Assembly (NCBI GenBank): GCA_965215265.1 | Contig: OZ244048.1 | Location: 4,512,001-4,576,000 of the forward strand | Origin: Candidatus Poribacteria bacterium | GTDB taxonomy: Bacteria > Poribacteria > WGA-4E > WGA-3G | Length of the DNA: 64,000 nucleotides | Reading direction: 5' to 3' | Notes under the pieces: model-generated | Seen by the model: the letters and a program-made list of their open reading frames with translations, nothing else | Databases searched by the model: none | Told to the model about the DNA's origin: nothing | Made by a program: the position numbers and the translations under genes | Part shown: positions 61,143 through 64,000 of the stretch, piece after piece | How positions within the stretch are numbered: position 1 is the first letter of the stretch | Layout of the letters: every line of letters begins with the position of its first letter

Positions 61143-61668
61143 CTCATTTACCCCCGTTTTTTTTGAAGGTTTGTGGTGAAAGGTTTTTGTTTAGAAACAT
61201 GTGAGAAAAGCAGTGGGTTAGAGATACCCGAACCGGGTAAATCCCACATCTCTGATAACCCGTTTTCAAAACATCTTCAAGTCTATTGCTCTAAAAAAGC
61301 CTGCGTTGCGTCACTTGCTCTTTGTGCTGATAGCGGTGAGTGTGTCGCAAACGTTTGGGGTCAATGCGCTCGCGTTGCGTTTGCCGCTTTCGGTAAAATG
61401 AGAGAAGTTGAAACAGAAAAGGTTGCTCCGCCCAGTGGGTGGCAGGTAAAAGGTAGCAAAGCGTGTCCTTCAGGACACGACTTTCTACCTATCTCGCAAC
61501 TTATCTCTCCTTGCAGGAGAGACAAAGAATACCTATCTCGCAACTTTCTACCTATCTCGCCACTGTCCTTCAGGACAGCCAAAGAATACCTATCCTGCCA
61601 CTTTTCTCACACACAAACCTAACAATATCACACACAGACGACTCTCAAAAAAAATGGGGGTAAATGAG
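61143..61668. mobile_element. MITE-like non-autonomous element with 24-bp terminal inverted repeats, containing nested family 2 copies (61431-61601)
   Basis: ctcatttacccccgttttttttga / tcaaaaaaaatgggggtaaatgag, with 1 mismatch. Confidence 0.7.
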
Positions 61669-61837
61669 AATTTGCGTGCTATAAAAATAGCGTCTCAATC
61701 GGTTTATCGAGATTCGGAGTGCGTGTGCAAAAGCGTCCTAAAGTTGGTTGTATTTCAGAGCAATAGAGAGAGATTGTTGTGCGATTAAGAGATGGGCGAT
61801 AAAACTAAAAAACCGCGTCTTTATTCCACTTTGTGCG

Positions 61838-63754
61838 TTAGTCTGGTAAGATGCGGTATCCTGTGCTAATCCCGGTAATCATTCCGATAATGGCCCAGAT
61901 GCCGGCGCAGGTCATCTCCCCGAGGACCAATCCGAGGAAAATTGGACGCGCTTGGCGGTATGCTTTTAGTCCGCCGTACTTTACAATGGTGAACTTTAAG
62001 CCCCATCCTAAAAAGATTGAGAACCACAACTTAAATGTTGCCCATGAGCTTAGCATCGTGTAGCCGAGGGGGTGGAGTGGCCACCAGACAAAAGTCTGTC
62101 GCATCCACATTAGCCATACCGTGAAGCTGCCGCCGAACAAGATAAATCCTGTGTTTGTCCAATTTGTGGTGGTTTTTGGGCTTGTGAGAATGCCTTCTAA
62201 TTGCCGCATGAACCAGCTGCCGCCGGTATACGGTGCGCCGTGTGCGTAACTAATTTTTATGGCTGAGTAATATGAGACGGCAAGTCCGATAACCATTGCG
62301 ACTGCCATGGCGATAAGAAGTTGTCGGCGTTTGATTCGTGCTTCATCTGCGGCTTTCAAGCCGTTCATGATGTTGGGCATCATGAATTCGCGCAGGTCTA
62401 GCGTGAGACAGACGGGATGCATTAATAAGGAGGTCGTCGTTGAAGGATGGATTCTGGCGGAACCGAGGGTTGTGAGGAAGAAACTTTGCGGTGAAAATGA
62501 TGGATTGATGAACGGGATCCCGCCGTTAATCACTTGCCAGGTCAGTACGATGTACATGGCCAGGAGGAAGAGGACAAAACCGAGGGCGAACGGGATGGAC
62601 ATGCCCATCAGATGATTGAAGAAGACGAGGACACCAATACCGATGAGGAGTCCAAAGAGCGTTAAGCTGTGCGGCAATGCCTCATCGGATGCCCGAACCT
62701 CCAGCATTTTTCTAATATGATGTCGTGCTTTCCACAATGCAATTGCGACAAATGCCAGGCATGCGCCAGCTTCCTGCGCCGCACTAAAGGATTTGCCTGT
62801 CCATTGGACACCGGGCCCCGAAGTGAGTTGGAAACCGAGTATTGCGCCGGTAAGGCATTGGAGTTTGTAAAAAACGAAGAAAAACCAGATACTAAAAGAG
62901 ACTTCCAAAGTTAGCAGGTAGCTAAACCCGACCATCGACCAGAAGATGACAATCTGAAATGGACGGAGTGCGTTCCAGGGTCTTTCGGTAAGGTAGGAGT
63001 TCAGCCAAAAGTCACGTGGTACGTGCGGCATAGAAGGGAAAAATGTGTGTAGTCCGTTCATCGTATGAAGGAAAACCGGAAAGGCGAATCCGAACCAGAG
63101 TGCGCTGTTCTTAAAAAGCGGGCCGAGACGGCCTGTGCCTTGTGCTGCCATTTCGACTGGAAGTTTTACAAGCGGAAAAGCACAACGTTCGTATTCCACC
63201 CACTGCTTTCGGAGGAGTACCGAAAGACAGATCATCACGAAGTAGATAACGATGACATAGGCGCTCCAGGTAAGGATGGGCGTGATCCAAGCATTCCAAG
63301 GGAGGGATTCCCCAGCGAATAAGCCTTCATAGAAAGAGCGGATGGCACTTTCATCCCGCACGACACGCCAATGTGGGATGTAGTGATGAAATAGAGACAT
63401 CCAATCATTTTCAGGGGTTGCGAAGTACTGGTAGGCTACCATGGGGCTGAGTGCGTAGCGCATCATGCCTGAAGACGGAATTCCTGCAGGTGCCAACATG
63501 ATACACCAGACCGTGACGAGTTCACCGGGCGAAAATGCAGCGTTGGGACGTATCTGTTTTAAGATAACGTTGAGCCCTAGCACGAGTGCAATTAGCACAA
63601 AGAATGGAGCGACTGGAAAATGCCCTCCTGCGAGGAAGATGTTGCGGATGACGTAATCGTTATAAGGGGCGAGTAAACATTCCGTGGTGGCACACACCAG
63701 ACCGGTAATCACGGCGCGCGCGGATAAGCTATTACGTGCTCGCTGTTCAATCAA
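61838..63754 (-). CDS. Polytopic membrane protein (DUF6785/DUF6784-like, OPT-like putative transporter)
   Basis: RKQWVEYER..FPL, WWPLHPLGY and KYGG...RP.FLG motifs. Confidence 0.75.
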   Translation of the reverse strand: MIEQRARNSLSARAVITGLVCATTECLLAPYNDYVIRNIFLAGGHFPVAPFFVLIALVLGLNVILKQIRPNAAFSPGELVTVWCIMLAPAGIPSSGMMRYALSPMVAYQYFATPENDWMSLFHHYIPHWRVVRDESAIRSFYEGLFAGESLPWNAWITPILTWSAYVIVIYFVMICLSVLLRKQWVEYERCAFPLVKLPVEMAAQGTGRLGPLFKNSALWFGFAFPVFLHTMNGLHTFFPSMPHVPRDFWLNSYLTERPWNALRPFQIVIFWSMVGFSYLLTLEVSFSIWFFFVFYKLQCLTGAILGFQLTSGPGVQWTGKSFSAAQEAGACLAFVAIALWKARHHIRKMLEVRASDEALPHSLTLFGLLIGIGVLVFFNHLMGMSIPFALGFVLFLLAMYIVLTWQVINGGIPFINPSFSPQSFFLTTLGSARIHPSTTTSLLMHPVCLTLDLREFMMPNIMNGLKAADEARIKRRQLLIAMAVAMVIGLAVSYYSAIKISYAHGAPYTGGSWFMRQLEGILTSPKTTTNWTNTGFILFGGSFTVWLMWMRQTFVWWPLHPLGYTMLSSWATFKLWFSIFLGWGLKFTIVKYGGLKAYRQARPIFLGLVLGEMTCAGIWAIIGMITGISTGYRILPD

Positions 63755-64000
63755 TGTAGGTTTTCCTTCTTATATTGCTACGCTCGCTACGTGATGCATT
63801 TGGTAATTCTCTATATTCGTCAATTTGTTTTGTTAACTCAGGTCTTAACGCGAATTCCTACAAATTTTATCACGAGGGTCGTTATTTCTCAATGATTTTT
63901 TTCGATGCAGTCTGCAGACATTATAAATGGGGGCATCGCGATGAGAAAATTGCTCCGCCAACATCACAGTCAAGATAGTGGATCTGACACGTGCTAGCAA

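Noticed and set aside
61173-61663. ORFs 61173-61622, 61361-61582 and 61463-61663
   Set aside because: They are translations of MITE and family 2 repeat sequence with no recognisable domain.
1-64000. rRNA, tRNA, tmRNA or a transposase gene
   Set aside because: None was recognised by eye. A covariance-model scan could still find small RNAs.

Overview
A 64-kb bacterial chromosomal window. It is probably from Candidatus Poribacteria; this is inferred from a LamG protein ending in the P-x-GK-L/I-x-x-TW-x-x-LK motif, PhyH paralogues, and FG-GAP/ASPIC and TPR proteins. Core genes are birA, trpCD, ilvBNC under a T-box leader, sodA, rph-rdgB-efp-accB-accC, rpiA and pepP. The window also has an RsbW/RsbV/RsbU partner-switch module, a TonB-dependent uptake locus, an ECF sigma/anti-sigma pair and a Rpn-like nuclease with a probable internal antitoxin start. 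The most striking feature is non-coding. More than 20 gene junctions are filled by a hierarchy of nested palindromic elements. Family 1 elements are ~170 bp with fixed-length ~57-nt degenerate arms. Family 2 elements are ~65-70-bp double hairpins inserted into family 1, into each other and in-frame into a protein. Family 3 elements are ~35-bp hairpins resembling type I-E CRISPR repeats, inserted into families 1 and 2. Family 1 ends supply stop codons, start codons and SD-like sites to host genes, and they split two genes. I saw no rRNA, tRNA, true CRISPR array, cas gene or canonical transposase. Coordinates were counted by hand and may be off by a few bases.
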